Below are positions 11,203 to 23,411 of a stretch of 64,000 nucleotides of DNA, piece after piece. Source of the DNA: an uncultured Verrucomicrobiae bacterium (GTDB lineage Bacteria; Verrucomicrobiota; Verrucomicrobiia; Limisphaerales; UBA11358); the NCBI GenBank assembly GCA_963738245.1, contig CAVTWB010000015.1, positions 49,156 to 113,155 on the forward strand, given 5' to 3'. The notes below the pieces were generated by a model. That model saw only the letters and a list, made by a program, of their open reading frames with translations, did no database searches and was not told the DNA's origin. Within the stretch, counting starts at the first letter, position 1, and every line of letters starts with the position of its first letter. Both the position numbers and the translations under genes were made by a program.

Positions 11203-11817
11203 ATGAGTGTTCAACGTGTCAGTTTGAAATTCCGGCGCAAATCGGACGACGATTTGTTTACCTTTGGCAAGGCGATCATCACCGGCTTGACCAATAATCC
11301 CGCCTTTCCAGATCCACCGGTTTCCATGGCTGAATTGACGGCTTTGAACGAGGCTTTCGGACAGGCCAACAGCGATGTTTTGCTCGGCGGGAAGGTGGCC
11401 ACTGCCCGTAAAATCAAGGCCAGGCAGGCTTTGCTGGTGGCCTTGCGCATCCTGGCGCGTTACGTGGAAACCGAGGGTGGCGACGACCCCGCGAAGATGA
11501 TTACCACGAATTTTTCGCTGATGAGCAAGAACCAGACGCCCGCCGAACTGGGCGTGCCGGGAATCCCGACCGTCAAATATGGTCCCACCACGAAGCTGCT
11601 GCTGACTTTCAATGGCGTGCGCAATGCGCGGGGCTATGAGGTTGAAGTGAGTTTGGACGGGATAACCTGGATCTACGCGGTCTTCACCACCCGGACACGC
11701 GGGGTGGTGGTGGGCAATCTCACACCGGGAAAAGTTTACTACTTCCGCGTGCGGGCGATGGGCGGTAAAAACAATCACGGCGCCTGGACCAGCCCGGTCC
11801 AGTGCATGGCGGTGTGA
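11203..11817 (+). CDS. Helical N-domain plus C-terminal fibronectin type III-like protein
   Basis: AGGAG RBS before ATG 11203; C-term GYEVEVS..W...GNLTPGKVYYFRVRAMG...GAWTSPV is an FN3 signature; no signal peptide. Confidence 0.8.
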   Translation: MSVQRVSLKFRRKSDDDLFTFGKAIITGLTNNPAFPDPPVSMAELTALNEAFGQANSDVLLGGKVATARKIKARQALLVALRILARYVETEGGDDPAKMITTNFSLMSKNQTPAELGVPGIPTVKYGPTTKLLLTFNGVRNARGYEVEVSLDGITWIYAVFTTRTRGVVVGNLTPGKVYYFRVRAMGGKNNHGAWTSPVQCMAV

Positions 11818-12053
11818 ACAAAGCCGCTTATGTTACTTGGCTCAAGTTGGTTGGGAATTCTTTTTAACGCATAATTGGAAAAGCGCTGGCTGAGAATTTC
11901 GCCAGTCAATTTATCACCGCTTTACGATTTCCATCGGCGTGTAAATGATTGACAGCAATACAGTAAAAATCGGCAAAAAATGCTTGACATAAATCCCATT
12001 TTATACTACAAATTTAACGTGTCAGTTTAGGCGCATTAAACCAATAATTTCCA

Positions 12054-12752
12054 ATGAAAAAAACAGCAATTCTTCAGCCGATGGACGGCTTAATGCCAAT
12101 AATGGCGTTGGCATTGTTGTTGACATGCCTGAATGCCAGCGCTGCAAGTTTGATTTTGAACTTTGGCCCCACCGATGGATCCTCCATTCAATTCAATGGG
12201 ACCCAAAATACATTTCAATTCAACAATGGCTACAATGGATACCAATGGGATATCACCAGTGAGACCGGCGGAAGCAGCGCCGTGGGTTTGAACGGTTCGG
12301 TTCTAAACGGGCCATTTCATTACGGTCCAATAACTATTTCGGGGTCGGGGATTACCCAGATTCAATCTGCCACGGTTTTGGGTCCACTGGGAACTTTGGA
12401 CATCAATTCCGGGCCGCTTGTCGATCTTACCGGCACAGTCAACTGGATTAATATTGCGACCTATTTTGGTGTTGGTGGACTGAACGCGTATGTAAATGTT
12501 AATTTGAGTAACGTCAGTTATTCAGGATCGAATGCGGATTTGCAGACACTCCAAGCGAATCAGCCTGGTATTTTGGATGTCAGCTTCCAGTTTGCTCCGG
12601 GCGAAACGTTGACCCAGCTTTCAACCGGAACGGGGCCGTATTCGACCTCTTTTTCCGGGAGCGTTACAACGGCCGTTCCGGAACCCACCACTTTGGCAAT
12701 GGCGGGCTTGGGCGGGTTGACATTGTTGTTGTTTCGCCGCCAGCGGAAGTAA
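12054..12752 (+). CDS. PEP-CTERM sorted surface protein
   Basis: Signal peptide; G/S/T/N-rich body; C-term AVPEPTTLAMAGLGGLTLLLFRRQRK. Confidence 0.93.
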   Translation: MKKTAILQPMDGLMPIMALALLLTCLNASAASLILNFGPTDGSSIQFNGTQNTFQFNNGYNGYQWDITSETGGSSAVGLNGSVLNGPFHYGPITISGSGITQIQSATVLGPLGTLDINSGPLVDLTGTVNWINIATYFGVGGLNAYVNVNLSNVSYSGSNADLQTLQANQPGILDVSFQFAPGETLTQLSTGTGPYSTSFSGSVTTAVPEPTTLAMAGLGGLTLLLFRRQRK

Positions 12753-12769
12753 ACGAAGTTCTTTTCAAT

Positions 12770-12802
12770 ACCCCGCGTCGTCTCACTTGGCGCGGGGTTT
12801 TT
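12770..12802 (+). terminator. Rho-independent terminator
   Basis: ACCCCGCGTCG-loop-TGGCGCGGGGT followed by T-tract. Confidence 0.75.
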
Positions 12803-12900
12803 GTTTCAGCAACGTAACTTGAATGTTGCAATTTATTGGTTGAAAGAAATTCGGCGTGAAGAAAGCCTTGATGGCGAGAGAACGGTAAATCGGAACACAA

Positions 12901-14384
12901 ATGAAAACTACCGATCTGAAACATCTCGCATGTGTCCTTGCGCTTGGCCTGACGGTTGTGCCACCCGCGCACAAACCGGCTGGATCAATTTTTATTCCCC
13001 GGCTGGCTTGGGTGCGCTTGCCAACGCCATCGCCGTGGACGGCAGCGGCAATGTTTTCGTCACAGGGAGTGAATATAGCAACAACTTGGGCATTAGTTTC
13101 TACGGCTACGCGACCATCAAATATTCCAATGCGGGAGCGCCTTTATGGACCAACCTCTATACCGGGGTTGACGGCCTTGCCTACGGTTCCGCCATGGCTG
13201 TGGATGGCAGCGGGAATGCAATTGTGACAGGGTATACATATGACGCATCCTTCAAAATAGATTTCGCGACCATTAAATATTCCAATACGGGCGTGCCCTT
13301 GTGGACCAATCTCTATAATGGCGCCGGTCATGCAGAGGCCAGGGCCATTTCTGCGGATGGCAGCGGCAACGTGTTTGTGACAGGGTTTTCTTCGGACGGG
13401 ACAAACGAGAGTTGTGCGACCCTGAAATATTCAAATGCGGGCGTGCCCTTGTGGACCAACCTTTATGCCGGCCCTTACGGTCAATCCAGCATTGGCAAAC
13501 TGAATTCCACCGATGTCAGTGGCAATGTGCTCGTCACGGCTCATTTGACAAACACGAACGGTGTTGGGAGCTACTACGATGCAATCATCAAATATTCGAA
13601 CGCGGGAGCTGCGTTGTGGACCAACTTCTACACCGGTGCCGGCGGCTACGCGCAAATCTCCGGCATCGCGGTGGACACCAACGGCAACGCATTTGTGGCG
13701 GGATTAACTTATAACGGAACAAATATCTATTATTCTGACCCGACAAACTGGTATGTCACGACCATCAAATATTCGAACACGGGCGCGCCCTTATGGACCA
13801 ACCTTTACACTGACGCCAGCGGTGATGCCGGATCAGCCGCCATCGCTGTTGATGCCAACGGCAATGTGCTGATGACGGAACAAACAGCGACGGTCAAGTA
13901 TTCGAATGGGGGCACGCCTATGTGGACAAATTCAAACGGCGGCACGGTTATCGCCGTGGACACGTCTGGCGACGGAATCGTATCGGGACAAACGTATGAC
14001 GGGACAAATTACTTTGCCGCGACCTTGAAGTATTCGAGTGCGGGAACGCCCTTGTGGACCAACCTCTACACCTCGGCTGCAGGATCAGCCGGGCCAACTG
14101 CCATTGCCGTGGATGAGAACGGCAATGCGTTTATCACCGGGGCGGCGTTTGACGGGATACTTAACCAATATTTTACAATCGAGTATCCCGCTGCAACAAT
14201 ACAGCCAGTCATTCTTCAAGGGCAATGGTTAAACCAGCACATGGTGTTGAGTTGGACAAATTTCGGCTTCAACCTGCAATCCGCGCCAGCCATTACCAGC
14301 ACTTTCACCAACGTTCCTGGCGCGACCAGTCCCTACACGAATGCCTCCGCCCTCGCGCAGCAGTTCTTCCGACTAAAGCAATGA
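12901..14384 (+). CDS. Secreted beta-propeller (SBBP-like) repeat protein; frameshift near 12960
   Basis: Repeats IAVDxxGNVFVTG...ATIKYSNxGxPLWTNLY (~7-8 copies); signal peptide MKTTDLKHLACVLALGL in a different frame; C-term QQFFRLK. Confidence 0.82.
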
Positions 14385-14579
14385 ACCCGCAAACACTGCT
14401 CCTTCACTCTGAAAAAAACTAGGTGAAAATATCAAATTACGCGCAGACATCAGTTTCACTGGTTAATACGCACTATGTTTTTTGCACAAACACAATGCAG
14501 CCAACGCATTTCGGCCCCCGATGGGATTCATCTGGAGTGTGACGGTTGGGAAACTTTTGAGATTTGCAAATAATTCAGA

Positions 14580-14608
14580 TTGACTTTTAAGGTTTTATGC
14601 TCTATTTT
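14580..14608 (+). promoter_or_regulatory. Putative sigma70 promoter
   Basis: TTGACT-17 bp-TATTTT upstream of the 14675 CDS. Confidence 0.5.
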
Positions 14609-14674
14609 AGCACTACATTTGTCTCAAAGTGGGACAATTTTGAAGTTGGTCGTATTTTTTAATTATATTGTCGC

Positions 14675-16039
14675 ATGAATACCTGTTTTTTGAGTATTTC
14701 TCGCTGGCGATTACCTCAATTGTATAAAGTTTTATCGTTGACGGCCATTGCTTTGTTCTTCATTCAGTTTTCTTGGGGACAAGATCAGTTGACGTATTCT
14801 TCGGGCCTGCAACCTCAAGAAACTCAATGGATTCCAGGCCCCGGAAAAACAAGTTTGGGTGCTGTTGCAGATCTTCAAATACCGGTCGGGTATCGTTTTA
14901 CGGACGCCGACGGTGCGCGCAGTCTCCTGAAAGGAATGAACAATCCCGTTCCGGCGGGTTTAGTCGGGGTTCTAGCTCCAAATTCTGGTGAATGGTTGGC
15001 TGTCGTTGAATTCAACGAAATTGGCCACGTTGATGATGCCAGTAAAGACGGAATGAATTCCGAAGCCATTTTGAAGGCCATTCAAGACCGGAGCGCAGCA
15101 CAGAACAACGTCACAGCGATTGAAGGTGGCGTGGTAACGGGCTCCGTGGCCTGGGAGAGCCAGCCCGTTTATGATGAAAAGAATCATTCATTGGAGTGGG
15201 CCATCCGGGCGGAAACCCCATCTGGCAAGGTCATCAATCACACTTTGGTGCTGTTGGGACGCCGGGGCGTTTTAGATATAACCGCGATAAAAGCGTTTCA
15301 GGGTTCGTCCAATCTGTTGCCCTTGAAACAACTGATAAAAAACATCAGCTTCAAAAACGGACAGTCCTACGCAGACTTTCAGAAGGGTGATAAAACGACC
15401 GGTGTTAGTCTGGCCAACTTGGTTGTGGACGACGAGCATCCTGCGGCGAGTGAGGCTGGCCAGAATTTAACTGTCCGCACCGCTTCGGATCCGTTCGCGT
15501 GGATTTATTCTTTCTATTATCTTTTGGGGGGAGGCGTCGTGGTGCTCTTGGTTCTGCTTTCTATAATGAAACTTTCGAAACGAAAGAAAAATAGAAGAAT
15601 TCATCATGGCGAGCAATCATTGGCTGCCACGTCGGGATTATCAACAAACGGCAATGGATTGAACGGGGTGAAGCTAAATGGTTCAAACGGTCACATTGTT
15701 CGTCGAAAAAGGGCGTCGAACTTTGGGAAATTTTACACCAGCATGATACTTGAGCTGTCCTCAAATGAATGCAATTGGCCTTTGGTGCAAAATGGGAATT
15801 CGGGCGCGCACACGGCAAAGATGCCTTCTCCATTAAATGGATCCGAATTGGATCCGGCCATTGTCAATGCCAATTTGCAATTAATCACCATTCAGAAGAA
15901 TTTGATTGAGGAGCAGAGGCGTTTCATGCAGCAGCAATCCAAGCTCATTGACGAAAAAAGCCAGTTGATTGAAGAGCAAAGCCGGCTGCTTGAACGACAA
16001 TCCGATGTGATCGAAAATCAATTCTCCCTGAAACTCTAA
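14675..16039 (+). CDS. DUF2167-domain membrane protein with C-terminal coiled coil
   Basis: Signal peptide; GP..LGAVADLQIPVGYRF, GHVDD, YDEKNHSLEWA, LGRRGVL, YADF..GDK; TM ~aa 275-298; Q/E-rich heptads at the end. Confidence 0.75.
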   Translation: MNTCFLSISRWRLPQLYKVLSLTAIALFFIQFSWGQDQLTYSSGLQPQETQWIPGPGKTSLGAVADLQIPVGYRFTDADGARSLLKGMNNPVPAGLVGVLAPNSGEWLAVVEFNEIGHVDDASKDGMNSEAILKAIQDRSAAQNNVTAIEGGVVTGSVAWESQPVYDEKNHSLEWAIRAETPSGKVINHTLVLLGRRGVLDITAIKAFQGSSNLLPLKQLIKNISFKNGQSYADFQKGDKTTGVSLANLVVDDEHPAASEAGQNLTVRTASDPFAWIYSFYYLLGGGVVVLLVLLSIMKLSKRKKNRRIHHGEQSLAATSGLSTNGNGLNGVKLNGSNGHIVRRKRASNFGKFYTSMILELSSNECNWPLVQNGNSGAHTAKMPSPLNGSELDPAIVNANLQLITIQKNLIEEQRRFMQQQSKLIDEKSQLIEEQSRLLERQSDVIENQFSLKL

Positions 16040-16096
16040 TGACTGATGGCAGGACCGGCAAGTTGAGTCAAAGGATTGTTGTTATGTCAACAATTT

Positions 16097-16258
16097 ATGG
16101 TTTTAATAGCATATAAAAATGCTGCCGTTTTTATCTTGGTCGGTTATTTTTTGATTCTTACAATTTGCGCATCGCATGGCATTTCATTCACCTTTCCAAA
16201 TACCAATTCCATAACCATCAACGAGAGCGGTAGTCCGCCAACCATATCCTCGCCGTAA
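16097..16258 (+). pseudogene. 5' remnant of a secreted protein gene
   Basis: Hydrophobic signal followed by FTFPNTNSITINESGSPPT, then a stop just before the IS remnant. Confidence 0.35.
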
Positions 16259-16362
16259 ACTTGTCGTTACCGCGTTTATGTCTTGAGTCTGCGGTTGTTA
16301 ATCTTTACAGGTTAGGCGTTGCTGCGCGCGTTCAATTCAATCACTCCTCAATGAAGGATATC

Positions 16363-16756
16363 GTAAGCGTCACGCCAAGCACCTATTGACAGAGCAACGG
16401 CGAGGGCCGTAAGTGTCAAAAATATTATGCTACGACGTTGATGATGCGAGCCGTTGCACCGGCAGTTGCCTTTTATTCCAAGCTTGGGGCATGACATCGG
16501 GGTTTGGCGGTTGGTCATGTGCGGCAAACGGGTGAGGACAGCACGAAGATATTTGATCCCCACCACTTCCGCAAACTTCTGCCCCTGTAAGCCGCTGCGT
16601 TCGAACTCATTGAGCAACTGCTCGCGCCGTGCTGCCGGCGTCTTTGCTCGACCCAGCAAATCCGTTTTCAACCCCTGTTCACCTGCCTTTGTCGTATTTG
16701 TCATACAACCATGCTATTTCCATGACGATGTGAAGAAAACCGAAATTGCCGCGACG
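16363..16756 (-). mobile_element. Internally deleted IS66-family element
   Basis: End GTAAGCGTCACGCCAA and degenerate inverted partner TTGCCGCGACG; ORF joins TnpA-like LKTDLLGRAKTPAARREQLLNEFERSGL..KFAEVVGIKY to TnpC C-term-like YLRAVLTRLPHMTNRQ. Confidence 0.75.
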
Positions 16757-16998
16757 TAAAAAAAGTCGCCTGAGCCAATTCTTTTTGACGCATTTCTCTC
16801 CTCTTCCGCCGTTTAATCCACGAGCCGGCATTGGCTCAGTTTCTTTCTTTTATTGCTTCAGGCAAATTTTCTTTTCTTCAACCGGTTTACCGTTATCCTG
16901 CTGCGTTCGGATTCGTTGCATCTTGAATCGCGAACCGTTGCATCGGTAATCCGAATCAACGATTTGACCATGTTACGAAACACCGGTTTAACGCATAA

Positions 16999-18789
<1,791 letters not shown>

Positions 18790-18794
18790 ATGCA

Positions 18795-18870
18795 GACACG
18801 AATTGCACAAATTAACACGAAAGGCTTGTTTTTTCCGCCCCAGTTTGTGCAAATTCATGAAATTCGTGTC
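18795..18870. repeat. Inverted short-repeat hairpin between lepA and lepB
   Basis: GACACGAATTGCACAAATT...GTTTGTGCAAATTCATGAAATTCGTGTC. Confidence 0.65.
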
Positions 18871-18888
18871 GAAGCCCTTTAACAACTT

Positions 18889-20170
18889 ATGATTCTACGC
18901 TGGTTCCTATCGCAGGAAGTCCGCAATGCTGCCGCGATGCGCAAGCATGTCCGCCGGATGCTGGCCGCGCAGCGCGACATCCTCGCGCCGCCGGCCATCG
19001 AGAATGTCCAGCGCGCGCTGGCGGATTTGACCGGCGCGCTGAATGCCGGCGCGAAGGGCGAGGCGTTGAAAAAGGAAATGGGCAAACTGGAGGAAGCCGC
19101 GAACAAATGGCTCAGGCCGTATCCCAACGCCGGCATCCGCGAAAATGTGGAAGTGCTGCTCGTCGCGCTCGCGGTGGCAATGGCCATCCGCACCTTCTTT
19201 TTGCAGCCGTTCAAGATTCCCACCGGCTCGATGCAGCCGACGCTGTTCGGCGTCACGTCGGTGCCGGATTTCACCAAAATTAATTTTTGGAAAGGCGACC
19301 GGAACGAAGTTTTAGGCGAAGTTGAACAGCAGGTAAAATTACGCAATGCAATCACCTTCCCCACCGGCTGGGAGCGTGTCAAGGAATGGTTCGAGGGAAT
19401 TTCCTATGTTCACGTCGTCGCCCAGGCGGATGGCAAGGTTGACCAGATCAGCCCGATGCGGCGCTTCCTGATTTTCAACCTCAAGCAGTCCATCTGGATT
19501 GGCGGCGTGGAGCATGTGCTGTGGTTTCCGCCGGATTTTGGCGAGGCAGCCGATTGATAAACGCGCCGGCCTTTTTTTGGATCCGGAGCATGTTTATCAC
19601 AAGGGCGATGAAGTCATCAAAATGAAGGTCTGCGCCGGCGACCATTTGTTCGTGAACCGGCTGACCTACAATTTCCGCAAGCCGATGCGTGGCGAAATTC
19701 TGGTTTTTGAAACCAGAGGCATCAATAATCCCGATGAATTCGGGGTGAACAAAATGCCGCAGGATGAATTTTACATCAAACGCATGGTGGTGCTGCCCGG
19801 CGAGCGCGTGTCCATTGGCGACGACCGCCACGTCGTCGTCAACGGCCAGCGGCTGGACGCCTCGACGCCGCATTTTGAAAACGTCTATGGCTTCGATCCG
19901 AAAATGCCACCGCACGAAAGCCAATACTCCGGCCACGTCAACGGCACGGTCGCGCAAAAGTTCGGCCTTTATCCCAACCTCGCGCCGCTTTTCCCCGACG
20001 CGCAGACGGTTTTCACCAACGGCGACGATTCCTACATGGTTTTTGGCGACAATACCTGCAACAGCTCCGACTCGCGCACTTGGGGATCGTTTCCAGCCGG
20101 GAATATCATCGGCAAATCCTTCTTCATTTACTGGCCAATCACTTCGCGCTTCGGCTGGGGCAACCAGTAA
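18889..20170 (+). CDS. lepB: Signal peptidase I (frameshift near 19550)
   Basis: PFKIPTGSMQPTL (catalytic Ser), GDHLFVNR, YIKRMV (Lys), GDNTCNSSDSRTWG; lepA-lepB order. Confidence 0.9.
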
Positions 20171-20179
20171 AATTTTCGC

Positions 20180-20983
20180 ATGAGGATGCCAGCCGAAACG
20201 ATTTTGATCACCGGCGCCTCGTCGGGAATCGGGCTGGAACTGGCCCGGTGTTTTGCCTGTGAACAGTTCGCTAACGACGGCGCCCGGATCATTTTGCTGG
20301 CGCGAAACACGCCCGCGCTCGAATCGCTGGCCGCAGAATTGCGCCGTGACTGGAAGGTGGAAGTGATGGTTCTTACCGCCGACCTTTCCCTGCCCGAAAC
20401 ACCGAAGCGCATCTTTGCGGAATTGTCCGCGCAAAAAATTTCCGTGGATGTGCTGGTCAACAACGCCGGCTTTGGCGCGCTCGGACCTTTTGCGGAATTA
20501 TCGTTGCCGCGTCAGCTCGAAATGCTTCAGGTCAACATCACCGCGCTGACGGAACTCACCGGATTGTTTTTGCCAGGAATGATTCAGCGCAAGCGCGGCG
20601 GGATTCTCAACGTCGCCTCGGTGGCCGGGTTTCAGCCCGGTCCCGGCATGGCGGTTTATTACGCGACCAAGGCGTTCGTGCTATCGTTCACCGAAGCTCT
20701 GGCGGAGGAGCTTTCCGGCACCAGTTTGACCTTCTCGGTTTTGTGTCCCGGTCCGACGGAGACGAATTTCAGCCAGGTTGCCCGCGCGCAAAAAGCACGC
20801 CTGTTCAAGGCCCGCAAAATGTCCGCCGCCGCCGTCGCCCGCGCCGGGCACCGCGCTTTCCGCAAAGGAAAGGTGATTGCGGTTCCCGGCTGGTCAAACA
20901 AGCTGCTGGTTTTTTCCGGCCGGCTGGCGCCGCGCGGGGTGGTCCGCAAAATCGCGAAGCTTTACAACCGCACGGAAGATTAG
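20180..20983 (+). CDS. SDR family oxidoreductase
   Basis: TGASSGIG, NNAG, YYATK. Confidence 0.9.
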   Translation: MRMPAETILITGASSGIGLELARCFACEQFANDGARIILLARNTPALESLAAELRRDWKVEVMVLTADLSLPETPKRIFAELSAQKISVDVLVNNAGFGALGPFAELSLPRQLEMLQVNITALTELTGLFLPGMIQRKRGGILNVASVAGFQPGPGMAVYYATKAFVLSFTEALAEELSGTSLTFSVLCPGPTETNFSQVARAQKARLFKARKMSAAAVARAGHRAFRKGKVIAVPGWSNKLLVFSGRLAPRGVVRKIAKLYNRTED

Positions 20984-21086
20984 GCCGGCCTGTCGGTTTT
21001 CCGCTTCAGTGTGCATTGACAGGCCGCGCCGTTCAGAGCATTCTGCGGAGACAAAGACTTAAGCGGGGTTAACGAAAGGCAAAACC

Positions 21087-21737
21087 ATGAGCACGCCCAT
21101 TCCCAGGAATGAAACCAAACGCATCAAGGTTCTCTGGCAATACGACATTCTCGACACCGTGCCGGAGGAGGTCTTCGACGAGCTGGCGGATCTGGCGGCG
21201 CACATTTGCGGCGCGCCCATCGCGCTGATCACGCTCGTGGATGAAAACCGCCAGTGGTTCAAGTCGAAGGTCGGCGTGAGTGTCAACGAAACCGGGCGTG
21301 ATGTTTCGCTGTGCGCGCACGCGATTTTGCAGAATGATTTGTTCATCATTCCCGACACGACGCTGGACGAGCGGTTCAAGGATAATCCGCTGGTGACCAT
21401 GAGTCCGAAAATTCGTTTCTACGCCGGCGCGCCGCTGGTCACGCCCGGCGGTTATTCGCTCGGCACGCTGTGCGTCCTCGACAAGGTGCCGCGCGAATTG
21501 ACGGCGGATCAAAAACAGGCGCTGAAAATTCTGGCCCGGCACGTCATGACCCAGCTTGAACTCCGCCGCCACGCGCGGGAACTGGACAAGGCCCGTTCCG
21601 ACTGCGAGAAAATAAAGGCCGACCTCGTGAAGGCGCAGGCGGAAATCGCCCGGCTGCACAAAAAAATAAAGGCAATGGTTCCGGTTAAAAAGCGCAAGCC
21701 CGCCTCGAAGCGGCGCGTCAAACCATCGTGGCGCTGA
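21087..21737 (+). CDS. Stand-alone GAF domain protein with coiled-coil/basic tail
   Basis: [42 protein letters not shown]. Confidence 0.88.
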   Translation: MSTPIPRNETKRIKVLWQYDILDTVPEEVFDELADLAAHICGAPIALITLVDENRQWFKSKVGVSVNETGRDVSLCAHAILQNDLFIIPDTTLDERFKDNPLVTMSPKIRFYAGAPLVTPGGYSLGTLCVLDKVPRELTADQKQALKILARHVMTQLELRRHARELDKARSDCEKIKADLVKAQAEIARLHKKIKAMVPVKKRKPASKRRVKPSWR

Positions 21738-21798
21738 TGGCGGAAAGATTTTACCTGCCTGACACGGATTTGACACCCGCCTCTGGGAATTTTAGGTT

Positions 21799-22557
21799 GT
21801 GAACGCAATGCTTGAATCCGTTCGATTGATTGTCAACGCGCCCGCGCATTACGCCGCACGGCTGGCAGGCGACGCGGAGGAAATCCGCGCCGCACAGGTG
21901 TTGCGTTTCGAAGTCTTCAATCTTGAACTGAACGAAGGGCTGGCCGAGTCCTACGCCAGCGGCCTGGACCAGGATCCGTTCGATGCCGTGTGCGATCATC
22001 TCATCGTCGAGCATCTGCCGTCGCGACAGATTGTTGGGACGTATCGCCTGCAGACCGGCGTGAATGCCGCTGCGAAGCTCGGCTATTACAGCGCGCAGGA
22101 ATTTGATTTTCAACCTTACGAAACGTTTCGCGCGGAAATCATCGAAGTGGGCCGCGCATGCGTTCATCTGCAGCATCGCAATTTGATCGTGCTCGGCCTG
22201 TTGTGGAAGGGCATTGCGGATTACACGCAGCGACACAACGCCCGCCACCTGCTGGGTTGCAGCTCCCTCACGTCGCAGGACCCGGCGGTCGGCGCCTCGG
22301 CTTACACGGCGTTGTGCCGGAAAAACCTGGCTTCACCGAATTGGCGCACCCGGCCGCATCCGGAATATGCCTGTGCGCTTAACCGTCTGTCCGAGGAACC
22401 GGTCAAAATTCCGAAGCTGCTCCGCGCCTACTTGAGCATCGGCGCAAAAATCTGCGGGCCGCCGGCGCTGGACCGCAGCTTCAAGACGATTGATTTTCTC
22501 ACGCTGCTGGACTTGGCGACCCTGCCACCGGCAGTTCGCCAGCGATTTATAGTTTGA
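21799..22557 (+). CDS. GNAT N-acyltransferase (OlsB/hemolysin-like)
   Basis: LRFEVF, DPFDAVCDHL, VGTYRL, EVGRACVH, PKLLRAYL..GAKICGPPA.D..F. Confidence 0.85.
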   Translation: MNAMLESVRLIVNAPAHYAARLAGDAEEIRAAQVLRFEVFNLELNEGLAESYASGLDQDPFDAVCDHLIVEHLPSRQIVGTYRLQTGVNAAAKLGYYSAQEFDFQPYETFRAEIIEVGRACVHLQHRNLIVLGLLWKGIADYTQRHNARHLLGCSSLTSQDPAVGASAYTALCRKNLASPNWRTRPHPEYACALNRLSEEPVKIPKLLRAYLSIGAKICGPPALDRSFKTIDFLTLLDLATLPPAVRQRFIV

Positions 22558-22588
22558 CCGCCGCGGTCGCCGCGTCTGAAACTGGCGC

Positions 22589-23345
22589 ATGAAAGGATTG
22601 CGCCAGCACCCGCTCCGCGTCGCCGGCCGGCTCATTTGGTTTGGCGGTGAAGTGCTGCTCTCGCTGTTCGATTTTTTATTTCGCTGCGTGTTTTGCCCGA
22701 AGGATTCCCGGCGGCGGGCGCGGGCCTTGTGGCTTCACCGCATCTGCCGCCGGGTCGTTCGGATTTTCCGGCTGGAGATTCAATCCGCCGGGACGATTCC
22801 CGCAGATGGCCTGCTCGTCACCAATCATGTGAGCTATGTGGACATCCTCGTGCTGTCGTCGCTTGCGCCCGCCGTGTTCGTCTCCAAGCGCGAGGTCAAA
22901 TCGTGGCCGGTCATGGGCTGGATGGCGCAACTCGGCCGGAACGCTTTTCATTGACCGCGAACGGCGCACGCACGTCGGTGAAGTGAACGATGAAATCCAG
23001 AACGCGCTTGCCGACGGCGCGCTCGTGGTCGTTTTTCCCGAAGGCACCAGCTCGGACGGCAAAACGATTCTGCCGTTCAAGTCGTCCCTGCTCGAACCAG
23101 CCACGCAGCCGGAGCAACCGCTCGCGGTCGGCTTCATTCAATATTCGCTCGACGACGGCGATCCGGGCCAGGAGGTTTGTTACTGGGGCGACGCAATTTT
23201 TTTGCAGCATCTGCTGAATCTTTTGAGCAAGCACAGCGTCCGTGCCTCCGTCCGGTTCAGCCCGGTTCAAAATCGCCGCACCAACCGGAAGGAACTGGCG
23301 CAACAGTTGCAAGTGGAAGTCTCCGGCCTGGCGCGCGCCGGTTGA
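22589..23345 (+). CDS. Lysophospholipid acyltransferase (OlsA/PlsC-like; frameshift near 22940)
   Basis: NHVSYVDI, GTLFIDR, FPEGT. Confidence 0.85.
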
Positions 23346-23411
23346 TTCCACGACTGGCTGCGGCAAAAACCTTGAACTGCGGCAGATTTTTGTTATCATG
23401 TTTTCAGCACC

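Noticed and set aside
11984-12012. Sigma70 promoter for the PEP-CTERM gene
   Set aside because: TTGACA is present but the best -10 (TATACT) is only 12 bp away; not supportable as called
13020-14140. Nucleotide repeats (AAATATTC...TGGACCAAC) as a non-coding array or DGR template
   Set aside because: Fully explained by beta-propeller protein repeats; no reverse transcriptase is present
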